DNA of 64,000 nucleotides from a virus. The translations under genes and the position numbers were made by a program. The notes beneath the pieces are model-generated. The model was not told where the DNA came from, made no database searches, and was given only the letters and a program-made list of their open reading frames with translations. Location of the stretch: positions 23,407-87,406 of IMG/VR virus record IMGVR_UViG_3300044839_000009, one strand, 5' to 3'. Below are positions 9,375 to 19,504 of the stretch, piece by piece (position 1 is the stretch's first letter; each line of letters begins with the position of its first letter).

Positions 9375-11150
9375 TCAGCCGCGGGTGCGGGCGCCGAAGA
9401 CGTGCTGCTCCAGAGCGGGCCCGAAGTACTGGGCGCGCTCCTCGTCGGTGTAGGTGTGCGCGGGCTTGTCGGGCCAGTCGGCAGGCATGCCATGCCCGTT
9501 GAGGCCGCCGCCCTGACCGGCCGGGGCGGAGTGCTCGGTGACGGGAACGGCGAGGCCCTTGCGGGTCGGCGGGCCCTGGCGCTCGACGTGCTCCTGGATG
9601 GCCTGCGGCATGGCGGCGGCGATGCCTTCGGAGACGAGGCGGGCGATGCGCTGGTCGTCGGTCTCAGCGACCGCGACGGGGGCGGCTTCGGCGACCGGTG
9701 CGGCCGGGGCCGACTCGGTCGTCGGGGCTGGGGCCATCTTGGTGACGAGGCCGGTGATGGCGTCGGTGAGCTTGTCGAACTTCGCCGACAGGGCGTCGAG
9801 GCCGCTGTCGGTGCCCGGGGTCTCGGCCGCCGGGGTGGGGGTGGACTCCGCCATGGCGGGCTCCTTCTCCTGGGTGGGGGTTTCGGCGGCCGGGGTTTCC
9901 GGTGCCGGGGTCTGGGGGGCGGTCTCCATGGCGTCGTCGTCCTCGGCCATGCAGTGGACGCACGACTCGCAGCCGCACGGGCAGGCGCCCGGGACGGCGG
10001 GGATCGCGCAGCCGCAGTTGCAGGGGCACGGCGCGCCGGCGGCGGTCGCGGTGCCGTCTCCGCTGCCCATGTCGTCGTCGGTGTCCTCACCGGGCGCGCC
10101 GGGGACGTCGATGTCGCCATCCATGTCCGGGTCGATCTGGGCGGCTGCACCCAGGGCGCCGGCCATGGCCGAACGGCCGACGCTCATGAGGTCGTGCGCG
10201 TCAAGGAGCGTGGACGACACGGTTACGGTCGTTGGCCCATTCGTGAGGGAGACGTACAGACTGCCCTGCGGCGACGCGACGTCCATGTCCCAGCACTCCG
10301 CGAGCGCCTCGGTCACTGCGGTGGCCGGGTCGATCAGCCATCCCTCCGCAGTTGCCACGGTCACCCCGAACGACTTCAGGGCCTTGGTGATGCGCTGCTT
10401 GATGCGCTTGAGCTGCGCGGACGTGTAGAGGCGGGCGTTGTCTGCCTGACCGACGAAGGCCCAAGCGCTCTTGGCGTGAGCCTTCGTGTCGACGGGATAC
10501 CGCTTCTTCTTGTCCTTCTGGTAGCCGGGGTCGGCGTACACCACATCGCCGTAGGGCTTGCTGGTGTCACCGCCCGCGTCCGCTTCTTCGATGGTCGCTG
10601 TCACCAGCGCCTCCTGAACTGACTCGGTGATCAGCACCCGACCATCGGATGCGGATTCCGCAGGCGATGTGCCGGCGGGAGTGAACGTGTCGATCGCAGC
10701 GCCGGGGACGCCGGGCTTCCTCGTGAAGTCCAACCCGTCGATTTCCAGATCACTCCCGGCCTCTTGAGGCTGACCGTCGGGGCCAATCTCGCGGCGCACC
10801 TTGCCGATCCAGGCGCCCCGGATGGATACGCCCTTGAGGAAGGCGGGGGTGCCACGGGGATCGATGAGGGAGGCGATCTTCCTGCCCTCGTCGGTGTCGG
10901 CGATCTGCGCGGCGAAGCGAGCTGACCCGTCGTCGGCGAGCGACACCGACGAGAGGAGCCCGACGATGCATCGGGAGTCATCGTCGGCGCTATGGGAGGT
11001 GAGCATCACGGCCGGGTTGGTGCCGGTGGCGATCCGTTCGGAGAGTCGGGCCACTGCCTTCGCGATCACGTCGGGCGAGTAGTAGCGGCCGTTCTTGCTG
11101 ATGCCCGGTACGAGGGCGGTTCCTTCGATGGTGGCGATCGACTTGACCAC
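9375..11150 (-). CDS. Capsid maturation protease-scaffold fusion (DUF6582-like domain, Cys-rich segment)
   Basis: PGISKNGRYYS, KGVSIRG and IDGLDFTRKPGVPGA protease motifs; YADPGYQKDKKKRYPVDT...; C-terminal helical scaffold. Confidence 0.82.
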   Translation of the reverse strand: MVKSIATIEGTALVPGISKNGRYYSPDVIAKAVARLSERIATGTNPAVMLTSHSADDDSRCIVGLLSSVSLADDGSARFAAQIADTDEGRKIASLIDPRGTPAFLKGVSIRGAWIGKVRREIGPDGQPQEAGSDLEIDGLDFTRKPGVPGAAIDTFTPAGTSPAESASDGRVLITESVQEALVTATIEEADAGGDTSKPYGDVVYADPGYQKDKKKRYPVDTKAHAKSAWAFVGQADNARLYTSAQLKRIKQRITKALKSFGVTVATAEGWLIDPATAVTEALAECWDMDVASPQGSLYVSLTNGPTTVTVSSTLLDAHDLMSVGRSAMAGALGAAAQIDPDMDGDIDVPGAPGEDTDDDMGSGDGTATAAGAPCPCNCGCAIPAVPGACPCGCESCVHCMAEDDDAMETAPQTPAPETPAAETPTQEKEPAMAESTPTPAAETPGTDSGLDALSAKFDKLTDAITGLVTKMAPAPTTESAPAAPVAEAAPVAVAETDDQRIARLVSEGIAAAMPQAIQEHVERQGPPTRKGLAVPVTEHSAPAGQGGGLNGHGMPADWPDKPAHTYTDEERAQYFGPALEQHVFGARTRG

Positions 11151-11154
11151 AGGG

Positions 11155-11562
11155 TCACCTCCCGATCAGGGCGATTGACGTCTGCGGGTACATCGGCGTG
11201 GTGCCGCCGAGGGTCCAGGTGACGCGGCACCAGTGCGGCAGGACGAGGGCGGCGCTGCTGGTGGTGACGTTCGGCATATGGAGGCCGAGGTAGGCGGTGC
11301 CGCGTCCTGCGACCGTGGTGAGCTGAGTGATTTTCGCGATGGACGGGTACCAGTTGCCGTCCGGGTCCTGGATGTCGATCTGGACGTCCAGGGTTGGGGT
11401 GGTGCCGGTCGGGGTGCCGGTCACGTTGACCATGAGGGCGAGGTCGGTGGTGCCTTCGCAGGTGATCGCCCCGCTGTTGCCGGTCGCGGTCAGGGTGGTG
11501 CTCGTTGTCGCGGCTCCGGCCAGGTTCCACAGCACCCGAGCGATCGGGTGGTACATCGACAT
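11155..11562 (-). CDS. Hypothetical beta-sandwich virion protein
   Basis: 135 aa, Thr-rich (VTGTPTGTTPTLDVQIDIQDPDGNWY); GAGGAGG RBS. Confidence 0.65.
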   Translation of the reverse strand: MSMYHPIARVLWNLAGAATTSTTLTATGNSGAITCEGTTDLALMVNVTGTPTGTTPTLDVQIDIQDPDGNWYPSIAKITQLTTVAGRGTAYLGLHMPNVTTSSAALVLPHWCRVTWTLGGTTPMYPQTSIALIGR

Positions 11563-11589
11563 GCGCCCTCCTCGGGCCGTAGAAGAGGG

Positions 11590-12570
11590 TTAGCTGAACC
11601 AGTTGGCGAAGCTCGCCAGGCTGACATCTGCGGCATAGCAGCAGCGGCACGCAGGGTGGGTTGGAAGGCGCGGCACGTCGGCGGTGTGCCACGGGCTTCC
11701 GGTCTCATAGCCGAGGCAGGACTCGCAGACTCTGCCATCGCCTGCCGTGATGACGTCGACGCCGCTGACGCCCTCGGATCGGTACAGGTCGAGAGCGCCT
11801 TGGTCGGCTGCGGTGGTCATTGCCCAGTCGACGACGAACGCCACGGCTTCCGCGTCGCTGGAGGTGAGGACGTCCATGGCGGCGTCGATCATCTCGTCGC
11901 GGGAGGATCCGTCTTCGGCGCCCTGCGCGAGGACTCGGCCGAGGTCGGCGGCGGCCCGGTCAATGGTCCGTCCGAGCCATCCGCCGGTGTCGGCCCAGAT
12001 CTCGTCGAGGCGTTCCAGCGAGTCGTAGGCGTGCTGGAACGCGATGTTCCAGTCGAGGCCGATGCGGCTGGCGCGCTCTGCCGCGATGGCGACGGCGTTG
12101 ACCATTCCTTCGGCGCGGCCTGCTGCGATGGCGTCGCGCAGGAGGTTGCGGAGCTTGGAGAAGCCTGTGAGGTCGGCCAGTGCATGCAGCATGTTCGTGG
12201 CTGCGGCGAGGGCTTCGGCGCGGATGCTGGCCTTGTCCTGGTCGGCCTCATGGAGTCCGGCGTTCTGCCGGAACCTGTCGACCGTCGCGGCGATGGCATC
12301 CCGGTCGATGAGGTCCCGCCACACGGCGGCCACCAGCGGCACGTGCTTGGCCTGCTGCTCCTCACGGCGTTGGAAGAGGAGCGCCCACATGCCTTCGAGC
12401 TTGCCGAGATCGATGGTGACTTCGAGGATCCGCGGATCCTCGGCGTGCTCGACGGCGAGTTGAACGGCGGCGGTGCAGGCGGCCCGTACCCGTTCCGTCA
12501 TCGGGCCGCCGGAGACTGCCCAGCCGGCGGCGAACGCCTCACGGGTTGGCCCCTCGATGGGATGCGCCAC
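11590..12570 (-). CDS. MuF-like minor head morphogenesis protein
   Basis: C-terminal TAGDGRVCESC...PTHPACRCC. Confidence 0.88.
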   Translation of the reverse strand: MAHPIEGPTREAFAAGWAVSGGPMTERVRAACTAAVQLAVEHAEDPRILEVTIDLGKLEGMWALLFQRREEQQAKHVPLVAAVWRDLIDRDAIAATVDRFRQNAGLHEADQDKASIRAEALAAATNMLHALADLTGFSKLRNLLRDAIAAGRAEGMVNAVAIAAERASRIGLDWNIAFQHAYDSLERLDEIWADTGGWLGRTIDRAAADLGRVLAQGAEDGSSRDEMIDAAMDVLTSSDAEAVAFVVDWAMTTAADQGALDLYRSEGVSGVDVITAGDGRVCESCLGYETGSPWHTADVPRLPTHPACRCCYAADVSLASFANWFS

Positions 12571-12584
12571 AGCACCCCCTACGA

Positions 12585-12674
12585 TCAGCCGATCCGCTTC
12601 TTGATGAGCGCCGGTACGTCTTTGGCCCGCAGCGGGTGCGGCGGTTCGGGTGGCGGTTCAGGCGGCACGCTCAT
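12585..12674 (-). CDS. 29-aa micro-ORF between portal and MuF
   Basis: GGAGG RBS then MSVPPEPPPEPPHPLRAKDVPALIKKRIG*; overlaps the portal 3' end. Confidence 0.45.
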   Translation of the reverse strand: MSVPPEPPPEPPHPLRAKDVPALIKKRIG

Positions 12675-14235
12675 CGACACCTCCGGGCAGGGTGGCTAGC
12701 GCCTCGCGGAGCCTCGCTTTGTATCGGGCGTGCAGCGACTCGACGGGCGGGGGCTCCGGCTCTGGCTTTGCGGGCTCGGCCGGCTTCCCCGGTGGCGCCT
12801 TGCCTGCGAACGTCGCGAGCTGCGGCGGCACCGGTGCCGGCTCGGGCTTTTCCACGGCGATCGGCTCGCCATGCGCTGGCGCGGCTGGCTCCAGAGCGGT
12901 TCCTCGGAGCTTGTTCGCGACGAACGCCTTAGATGCGGCGTCCATGTCGGCCCACTTCACCAAGTTGGCGCGGTCGATGAGCACCGGCTGGTCGCCACCC
13001 TCGACCGGGGGTTCGCCGATGTCGGCGCGGGCCCGGTTGAGGGTCCATTCGCCGTTGCGGATCCGCATGTCGCGGATGTCCTCGACGGTCTTGGAGTCCC
13101 GCATGTCGACGTCCTTGAACTGGATCTTCCAGCCTTCGATGCCGAATCCGAGCTTCGCCAGATGCCAGTTCAGGGCCTCCAGGACCAGTTCGGCGATGGG
13201 CTGGCAGGTGTTGACTCGGAACGTCTTGTCCTGCTCCTCACCTGTGCCCCCACCCAGGTTCCCGGACTCGATGACGCCGACCTTCGCCGGGGGTACGCCG
13301 TAGCAGGACAGGATCTCGTCACGGCGCTGGTCGAGGTACTTGATGTAGTCGACGGTGCGCGAGGTCGACAGTTCCTTGACGCCCGCGCCGCCCTTGGTGG
13401 TGATCGGGACCCCGATGTTTTTCGGCCCGACGTTGCGGGTCATGTACTGGGCGGTCCACTTGTTCATCTCGCCCTGGGACGTCCCGGCGGGATGGTCGGC
13501 CCAGATCTGCGGCGGGTTGCCCTTCCGGAAGATTTCCTTCGCCGTGGCAGCGCCGAACAGGTAGCCGGTGATCGGGAGCATCGCAGCCTGCGTCGGCGAC
13601 ACGCCGAAGATGCTGGACCGCGGCGAGTCCAGCGAGATGTGGATGACCTCGCGCGGATCGAACTCCGCCCGCTGGCCAATCTCCGTGAGCTGCACGTACC
13701 GGATGACCTGCCCATGCGCGTCCGTGATGGGCAGCATGCTCGGGCAGTCCAGCGAGTACAGGGCCACGGGCTGCGCGCCGACCCACACGACCTCGAGGTA
13801 GGCGTCGCCGAACACTTCCAGGTCGGCGATGACTCCCCGCAGAATCTTGGTGATCGATTCACTCGGGTTGCAGTACGCCAGCATCCGCTCCAGCGCGATG
13901 ACCTCGGCGGGCTTCGGCGGCTGCTCCTCCTCCGCGCCCTCCGTGGGCTCCCACTGCATGACGAGGCCGCCGGCCGTGATGGTGCGGGCGATCGCGTTGA
14001 CGCAGGCCCACGCCCACGGGCATGCAAGGTAGGCGTCATTGAGCTGGGTCAGAAGTGAGCGGCGGTCCGAGCCGGTTGAGGCGCCGAGACCCTGGTCCCA
14101 CTCGGACAGGCCGCCGGTGCCGACGCCGTACTCGAAGCCCGTCCGGTCCGGAAGCCTCTCGGGTGTCGACCTGGCGGTCTCCGTGACTTCCGCATCGGCG
14201 CCGGTGACACTCTGCCACCAGGTCTTGAGACTCAT
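12658..14235 (-). CDS. Portal protein
   Basis: 525 aa; WACVNAIA, DLEVFGDAYLE, FGVSP, ILSCYGVPPAKVG and TLNRARADIGEPP motifs. Confidence 0.93.
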   Translation of the reverse strand: MSLKTWWQSVTGADAEVTETARSTPERLPDRTGFEYGVGTGGLSEWDQGLGASTGSDRRSLLTQLNDAYLACPWAWACVNAIARTITAGGLVMQWEPTEGAEEEQPPKPAEVIALERMLAYCNPSESITKILRGVIADLEVFGDAYLEVVWVGAQPVALYSLDCPSMLPITDAHGQVIRYVQLTEIGQRAEFDPREVIHISLDSPRSSIFGVSPTQAAMLPITGYLFGAATAKEIFRKGNPPQIWADHPAGTSQGEMNKWTAQYMTRNVGPKNIGVPITTKGGAGVKELSTSRTVDYIKYLDQRRDEILSCYGVPPAKVGVIESGNLGGGTGEEQDKTFRVNTCQPIAELVLEALNWHLAKLGFGIEGWKIQFKDVDMRDSKTVEDIRDMRIRNGEWTLNRARADIGEPPVEGGDQPVLIDRANLVKWADMDAASKAFVANKLRGTALEPAAPAHGEPIAVEKPEPAPVPPQLATFAGKAPPGKPAEPAKPEPEPPPVESLHARYKARLREALATLPGGVDERAA

Positions 14236-15782
14236 CCGGAGGTCACCGTCCCTCCGGGTTTGGGGCCGTCGTCTTCATCGAGGGACAGCCACCAGTCGGC
14301 GCCATCAGCGGTCTGGCGTACCGCCATGGCGCCACCGGCGATCGGCGTAGCTAGGAGCACGGCTGGGTCCGGAATGGCGTCGAGGATCAGGAACTCGGGG
14401 CCGGCGCCGAGGTTGAGCAGTAGGTAGCGCAGGGCGTCAGGTGCGTGGTCTTCGGCTTTGCTGTCGGCGTCTTCGGGGTCGCCTGTGGTGGCGTGCGGGA
14501 GTGCGGACAGGGTGCGGATGAGTTCGCCGCAGGTGGTGAATACGTGGATCAGCGGGCAGGTCTGCCAGCCCATGGCCCGGTGGTGGGCGCAGGCGGGCCC
14601 TTCGGCGAGGTAGGAGTGGACGCGCTGCCAACCAGCGACACGGCCACCCTTGCCCGCGGGAGTGAGGGGCACGCCGTTGTCTGCGTACACGGTGGCGACG
14701 GGCTTGGCGTCACCGCGGGTGGCCCACATGGCGTCATCGCCATACCGGACGGCAACGTGCTCGCCCTCAGCTTCGGCGGCGAGGATCCGCTTGGCCTGGT
14801 CGCTTTCGCCGACCTGGGTGGCGTAGATCTCGCGGTAGACCCAGACGCGCTTGTCTTCGTCCTGTGCGGCCCACAGGGTGCACCAGGGCGCGGTGTAGCC
14901 CCAGTCGATGCCGTTGTACCGCTTGATCGACGCGGGGAGCGCGATGGGGTCGAGGGTGTGCCGGTCGTGCCGCCACTCGGGGAACATCATTCCGGCGAAC
15001 TGGTCCCAGTCTCCGTCGCGCATTGCTGCGCGGCGCTGCGGGTCGGGGATGGAGTTGAGGCGCTTGTGGTAGCCGTCGTCGAGGTGCGGGTTGTCGGTGG
15101 CCTTGGCCTGCACGAACTTGACGGTGAGGCCTTGATCGTCGGTGACGGTGCGCTGCCCGTGGTTGGTGCCGTCGATGTAGCGGGCCTTGACCTGGGCGTG
15201 CGAGGGGCCGCCCGGGTTGCAGGTGGAGCGGGTGCCGAGGACGGGCACGCCGCTGCCGGAGCGCAGTCGCTCGAACTTGATGATGTCGACGACGCCGGGC
15301 GGCATGAGGGTCGCTTCGTCAACGAGCAGGAGTTGGTAGGCGCCGCCCTGCCGGCGGGAGGCATCGGCGGCGTTCTCCATGTACCGGAACCGGAACAGCG
15401 ACCGGTTCGGGAAGCGGAGCTCCCGGTCGGTACCGTTCCACCGGCCGCCGAGTGCGGCCCCGTACTCGAAGTGCGCGAGCACCGGGAAGATGGACTCGGC
15501 AAGTTCGTCGTAGGTCCGCCGCAGTAGCAGGACCCGCATGCCGGGGTGGCGGGCGCAGGCCCGAAGGCCCTCGGCGACGATGGCGAACGACTTGCCGCCA
15601 CCACTCGCCCCGCCATACAGGACGTCGTCCTCGGTGGCGGCGTGGAATTCGGCCTGCTGTGGGTGCGGGTCGTAGCCGATCAGGTCGAAGACGTCGAGTT
15701 TCGACATGCGCTCGGCTTCACGCTGGTCGAATTCAGCCTGAAGGCCACGGAGCTTCTTCAGCTTCTCCAGCTTCGCCGTCAC
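14232..15782 (-). CDS. terL: Terminase large subunit
   Basis: Walker A YGGASGGGKS, Walker B LLLVDEA, TCNPGG, nuclease GIDWG and EDHAPDALRY; start uncertain (15782-15848). Confidence 0.95.
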   Translation of the reverse strand: MTAKLEKLKKLRGLQAEFDQREAERMSKLDVFDLIGYDPHPQQAEFHAATEDDVLYGGASGGGKSFAIVAEGLRACARHPGMRVLLLRRTYDELAESIFPVLAHFEYGAALGGRWNGTDRELRFPNRSLFRFRYMENAADASRRQGGAYQLLLVDEATLMPPGVVDIIKFERLRSGSGVPVLGTRSTCNPGGPSHAQVKARYIDGTNHGQRTVTDDQGLTVKFVQAKATDNPHLDDGYHKRLNSIPDPQRRAAMRDGDWDQFAGMMFPEWRHDRHTLDPIALPASIKRYNGIDWGYTAPWCTLWAAQDEDKRVWVYREIYATQVGESDQAKRILAAEAEGEHVAVRYGDDAMWATRGDAKPVATVYADNGVPLTPAGKGGRVAGWQRVHSYLAEGPACAHHRAMGWQTCPLIHVFTTCGELIRTLSALPHATTGDPEDADSKAEDHAPDALRYLLLNLGAGPEFLILDAIPDPAVLLATPIAGGAMAVRQTADGADWWLSLDEDDGPKPGGTVTSG

Positions 15783-16203
15783 CAGCGGCGAGCCCGGCAC
15801 GAGCAAGCTCGGACTCAAGCTTGGCGATCTGCGCGTCGAGGGCGTCAACGGTCAGCACCTCCAGCTTGATGGCGGTGTTGAGGCCGAGGTACTTCGCGCG
15901 CTGGTCGAGGATCTTCAGGCACGTCTCGATCGCCCGGGAGTCCCCCTCCATCGCCTTGGGCCAGATCGCCCGCTGCATGGCGTCGAGGCGGCTGAGCTCC
16001 AACTCGCGCCACGCTTCGATGGCGAGGCCCTGCTGGATGACGTTCTGCTCGAGAGCGCGCTGGACGTCGGTGTAGGCGGAGCCCTTGTGGGAGTAGCCGA
16101 GGGCTTTGGCGATCTCGTCCCAGGTGGCGCCTTCGATTTTCATCTGGACGGCTTTGGTGCGGCGCTCGGCGGTGACGACGGCGCGGGCTTTCCTGGCGAC
16201 CAT
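15733..16203 (-). CDS. terS: Terminase small subunit (HTH)
   Basis: RRTKAVQMKIEGATWDEIAKALGY...LELSRLDAMQRAIWPKAMEGD...RAKYLGL; directly upstream of terL. Confidence 0.85.
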   Translation of the reverse strand: MVARKARAVVTAERRTKAVQMKIEGATWDEIAKALGYSHKGSAYTDVQRALEQNVIQQGLAIEAWRELELSRLDAMQRAIWPKAMEGDSRAIETCLKILDQRAKYLGLNTAIKLEVLTVDALDAQIAKLESELARAGLAAGDGEAGEAEEAPWPSG

Positions 16204-16216
16204 GGGGCATCTCCCC

Positions 16217-16645
16217 TCAGGTGATCCAGTGCTTGGGGAGCCGCGGCGGTGCGGGCTCTTCGGCGGGCACGGACTTGGGCGGTGGTTCGGGGGTGCAGTC
16301 GCAGCCCGGGAGGTCCGCAGCGTTGGGCGCGGTGCACGCCTTGGTGTGGACGAGGACCGCGGCGGCCTGGTTGATCGCGTGCGCACCGCAGGCGAACACC
16401 GGCCTCGTGCACTCTTCGGGCTGTGGTAGCGGCCCGAAGTCGGGGGTGGGGAGTTGCGGGTCGGCGAGGAGGAGACGCTCGTCCCGCCTGCCCTGCTCCA
16501 AGGAGACGTGCGCGGCCAGTTCGTCGTCGGTCAGGCGGCGCAGCCAGTGCACCCACGCCTCATTGCCGCATGCGGCGCACACCAGGCCAGCAGGCTGCGC
16601 AACGGGGGCGGGGGCGGACTCGGGGGCCGGAAGGAAGTCGGTCAC
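16217..16645 (-). CDS. Cys/His-rich hypothetical protein
   Basis: CAAC, ACGAH, HTKAC and GCDC motifs; AAGGAGG RBS. Confidence 0.7.
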   Translation of the reverse strand: MTDFLPAPESAPAPVAQPAGLVCAACGNEAWVHWLRRLTDDELAAHVSLEQGRRDERLLLADPQLPTPDFGPLPQPEECTRPVFACGAHAINQAAAVLVHTKACTAPNAADLPGCDCTPEPPPKSVPAEEPAPPRLPKHWIT

Positions 16646-16655
16646 GGTCGCCTCC

Positions 16656-17852
16656 TTAGCTGAGTCCGTACCACTGGGAGCCCCAGCCCTGGCTGGCCAG
16701 GGTGGCGTTCATGGTCGACAGCGTGATGCTGGCGGGCAGGGCGGTCCATGTGCTGCTGGTGATGAACCCGATGTTGAGGTGCGGGGCGGTCAGGTTGGCG
16801 TTCGTTGTGATGCCTCCGCCGCTCGCTTTGAAGTTGAAGCTGCCGGTCCAGGTGCCGTTCAGCAGTAGGGCGATGAAGTATTCGCCTGCCGGGGCGGCGT
16901 AGCTGCCGGTAAAGGCTTTGGTCTGGACGGTGGCGCTCATGAAGGCGCTGGACAGGTCTGCGGTCGTTGCCTGCAGCGTGCCGTTGGAGTCGTACAGGCC
17001 GAGGTAGCAGTTGGTGAATGCGGCGCCGGCGTCGATTGCTGAGATGCCGTACAGGATGTTGCTGAGTGTGGCTGGGCTGCGGAGGACCAGTCGCTGGAGT
17101 GTGATGCGTCCGGCGATCGCGAAGTTGGCGCTGGCCAGTGTGGCGGTGGTTCCCGCGAGGACGGGGTTGTAGGTGGCCCATGTGAGGCCGTTGTCTGCTG
17201 CTACCCAGTTCCCCGATGCGTGGACGTGGCCAGCATCTGCCGCTTTCCCGGTGACGCCGGCCGCTGCGGTGGCTGCGACGGGCTGGATGTCGGTCGCGGT
17301 CCCGTCGAGCTGGACCAAGCCTGCGGCGCCCGTCGTGGCGGTGGGTAGCGCCTGCCAGGTTGCGGCCGACGCGCCGGTGGCACGGGGTACGTAGCCGGTG
17401 GAGGGGGCGCCTGTGACTGCTACGCCGTTCACCTTGGCGACTGTCGGCCCCGGGTAGGTGCCGGTGAGGTCGCCAGTGGCAGAGCCGTTCGGTGGAACGC
17501 TTGCGGGGTCCTGCCAGGTGGCGGCCGTACTGGAGGTGGCGGCGATGACCCGCCCGGTTGCCGGGGTGCCGCTCACGGTGACGCCGTTGACCTTCGCCAC
17601 CGTGGGCGCCGGGTAGGTACCCGACAGATCCCCGGACGCCGCCCCGGTGGATCCGTTACTCATCGTCATACCGCTGGCCGGCCACGCGCCAGCGGCCTTC
17701 GGGCCGTAGACGACGATCGACGCCGGATAGCTGGCGATGTCGACGTAGAAGTCACCGTCGAAGCCGACGGTGTTCGACGGTGCCCCACTACCGCTGAGCC
17801 AGCCCGAGCCGCGAGGGCCCGAGGTGCCGTTGGAGGAGATGGTCACGGACAT
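16656..17852 (-). CDS. Fibre-like virion protein, paralogue A
   Basis: Two GDLxGTYPxPxVAKVNG repeats, GLVQLDG, GHVH, globular C-terminal domain. Confidence 0.7.
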   Translation of the reverse strand: MSVTISSNGTSGPRGSGWLSGSGAPSNTVGFDGDFYVDIASYPASIVVYGPKAAGAWPASGMTMSNGSTGAASGDLSGTYPAPTVAKVNGVTVSGTPATGRVIAATSSTAATWQDPASVPPNGSATGDLTGTYPGPTVAKVNGVAVTGAPSTGYVPRATGASAATWQALPTATTGAAGLVQLDGTATDIQPVAATAAAGVTGKAADAGHVHASGNWVAADNGLTWATYNPVLAGTTATLASANFAIAGRITLQRLVLRSPATLSNILYGISAIDAGAAFTNCYLGLYDSNGTLQATTADLSSAFMSATVQTKAFTGSYAAPAGEYFIALLLNGTWTGSFNFKASGGGITTNANLTAPHLNIGFITSSTWTALPASITLSTMNATLASQGWGSQWYGLS

Positions 17853-17870
17853 TGCGAGCCGCACCTCCCC

Positions 17871-19496
17871 CTAGGCAACGGCGGCCCAGAAGCCGGACGC
17901 CAACGTGTTGGCGGATGGCGTGAGGGTCGGCAGTGAGGTGCGGGTCGTGCCGTTGGTCGCGAACCTCGCTGCCGACGCCGTCACGCCGACGTTGATGAGC
18001 GTTCCGATGCCGGTGATGCCGACTCCGGCAGGTCGCGGCATCTGAGGCGCGGTGGCTGCAACGAACACGAATGCGACCCAGTAGAGGCTGCCGGCGGTAA
18101 GCGATGCCGCCATGGCCGTGGCCTTGGTGCCGGTGGAGAGAACATCGGAGTCCACGCCGGCCGATGCCAGCAACGTGCCGCTGGAGTTGTAGATGCCGAC
18201 GAAGTTCTGACCTGCGGTTGGCGTCACTGCCACCGACGAGACGTGCCAGTACAGGGTGGTGCTGGTGAACGTCTCAGCTGGGTAGATGGCGCTCAGGAAC
18301 AGCGTCTGACTGGTCGCAGTCGCAGTGTTAGCAGCAGAGGCCGGGTCGAAGGTCCACGCCTTGACGTTGCTGTTGATCGGCTGCGGACTGCCGAAAGCGT
18401 TGGCGGATGTGGCCAGGTTCCCGGTGAGCTTCCCGCCGGCCAATGCCAGGTAGGTGGCGTCGTTGTAGGACTTGCGGGCGAGGGATGTGCCGCCTGCGGG
18501 GTCGGCTGATGCTGCGGGGGCCGCGGTGAAGGTGTTGGCGCCGCCCCAGGTCTGGTTTCCGGCGAGGAGTCCGACGCCGGTGGTGGGGTGTACGTGACCA
18601 GCATCGGCTGCGAGTCCGACCGCGCCGGCGGCTTGCGTGCCGAGCGCGGCGATGTCGCCTGCGGTGCCGTCGAGCTGCACGATGCCTGCGGTCGAGGTGC
18701 TGGCGGTGGGGAGTGTCGGGGTTCCGTGGGCGTGGTCGGAGTGGGCGACGGTGGCTGCGGTGCCGTTGGCGGAGGCCGCGGCGAACGTGGTCTGGGCCGT
18801 GACCGCGCCGAAGCCTTCACGGGCGTGGACGTGATCGGAGGCCGCGAACGTGGTGGCGACGCCGGTCGCCTGGGTGCTGGTGACGGCGGATGCGGCGGGG
18901 GCTGCGGCGGCGGCCATCGGGTGGACGTGGTCGCCGCGGGCCGGGGTCGTGGCGGTGCCGACGGCTGCGGCGGTGCCGATTGCTTCGGTGGTGGCGGGTG
19001 CGCTGCCGGTGAGGGCGACGCTGCCGTGGGTGTGGTCGCCGCGCGAGTACGTGTTGGCGGCGCCCGCACCGGATGCCTGACTGTAGGCGGTTTCGGCGGT
19101 GACCGTTGTCGCGGCTGAGGCTGAGCCTGAGGGGGTCTGCCAGGTGGCGGCGGTAGTGGATGTCGCGGTGGGCACCTGCCCGGCCTGGGGTGTGCCGGTG
19201 ACGGCGATCCCGTTGACCTTGGCGACGGCCGGGTTGGGGTAGGTGCCGGTGAGGTCGCCGCCTGCTGGGCCGGTCGCACCGTTGGTCATGGTGACGCCGC
19301 TGGCCGGCCATGCTCCGGCCGCCTTGGGCCCGTAGAACGTGACGGCGGTCGGGTAGGTGGCGATGTCGACGTACATGTCGCCGTTGATGCCGACCGTGCT
19401 GGCGGGCGCGCCGGAGCCGTTGAGGACCGAGTAGCCGCGCGGGCCGCTGGTGCCGCCTGCGGAGACGACGACTACGACGTCACTGATGACGGTCAC
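17871..19496 (-). CDS. Fibre-like virion protein, paralogue B (HxH repeats)
   Basis: Same N-terminal module as paralogue A; repeated DHTHG/DHVHP/DHVHA/DHAHG/GHVHP. Confidence 0.7.
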   Translation of the reverse strand: MTVISDVVVVVSAGGTSGPRGYSVLNGSGAPASTVGINGDMYVDIATYPTAVTFYGPKAAGAWPASGVTMTNGATGPAGGDLTGTYPNPAVAKVNGIAVTGTPQAGQVPTATSTTAATWQTPSGSASAATTVTAETAYSQASGAGAANTYSRGDHTHGSVALTGSAPATTEAIGTAAAVGTATTPARGDHVHPMAAAAAPAASAVTSTQATGVATTFAASDHVHAREGFGAVTAQTTFAAASANGTAATVAHSDHAHGTPTLPTASTSTAGIVQLDGTAGDIAALGTQAAGAVGLAADAGHVHPTTGVGLLAGNQTWGGANTFTAAPAASADPAGGTSLARKSYNDATYLALAGGKLTGNLATSANAFGSPQPINSNVKAWTFDPASAANTATATSQTLFLSAIYPAETFTSTTLYWHVSSVAVTPTAGQNFVGIYNSSGTLLASAGVDSDVLSTGTKATAMAASLTAGSLYWVAFVFVAATAPQMPRPAGVGITGIGTLINVGVTASAARFATNGTTRTSLPTLTPSANTLASGFWAAVA

Positions 19497-19504
19497 GGCA
19501 CCCC

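Noticed and set aside
7-19118. Many long plus-strand ORFs over the structural genes (for example 987-2501, 7799-9502)
   Set aside because: They are antisense shadows of high-GC minus-strand genes, with no recognisable motifs
16656-19496. Diversity-generating retroelement or invertase shufflon acting on the fibre genes
   Set aside because: No reverse transcriptase or invertase is visible; the repeats are direct, in-frame paralogous segments
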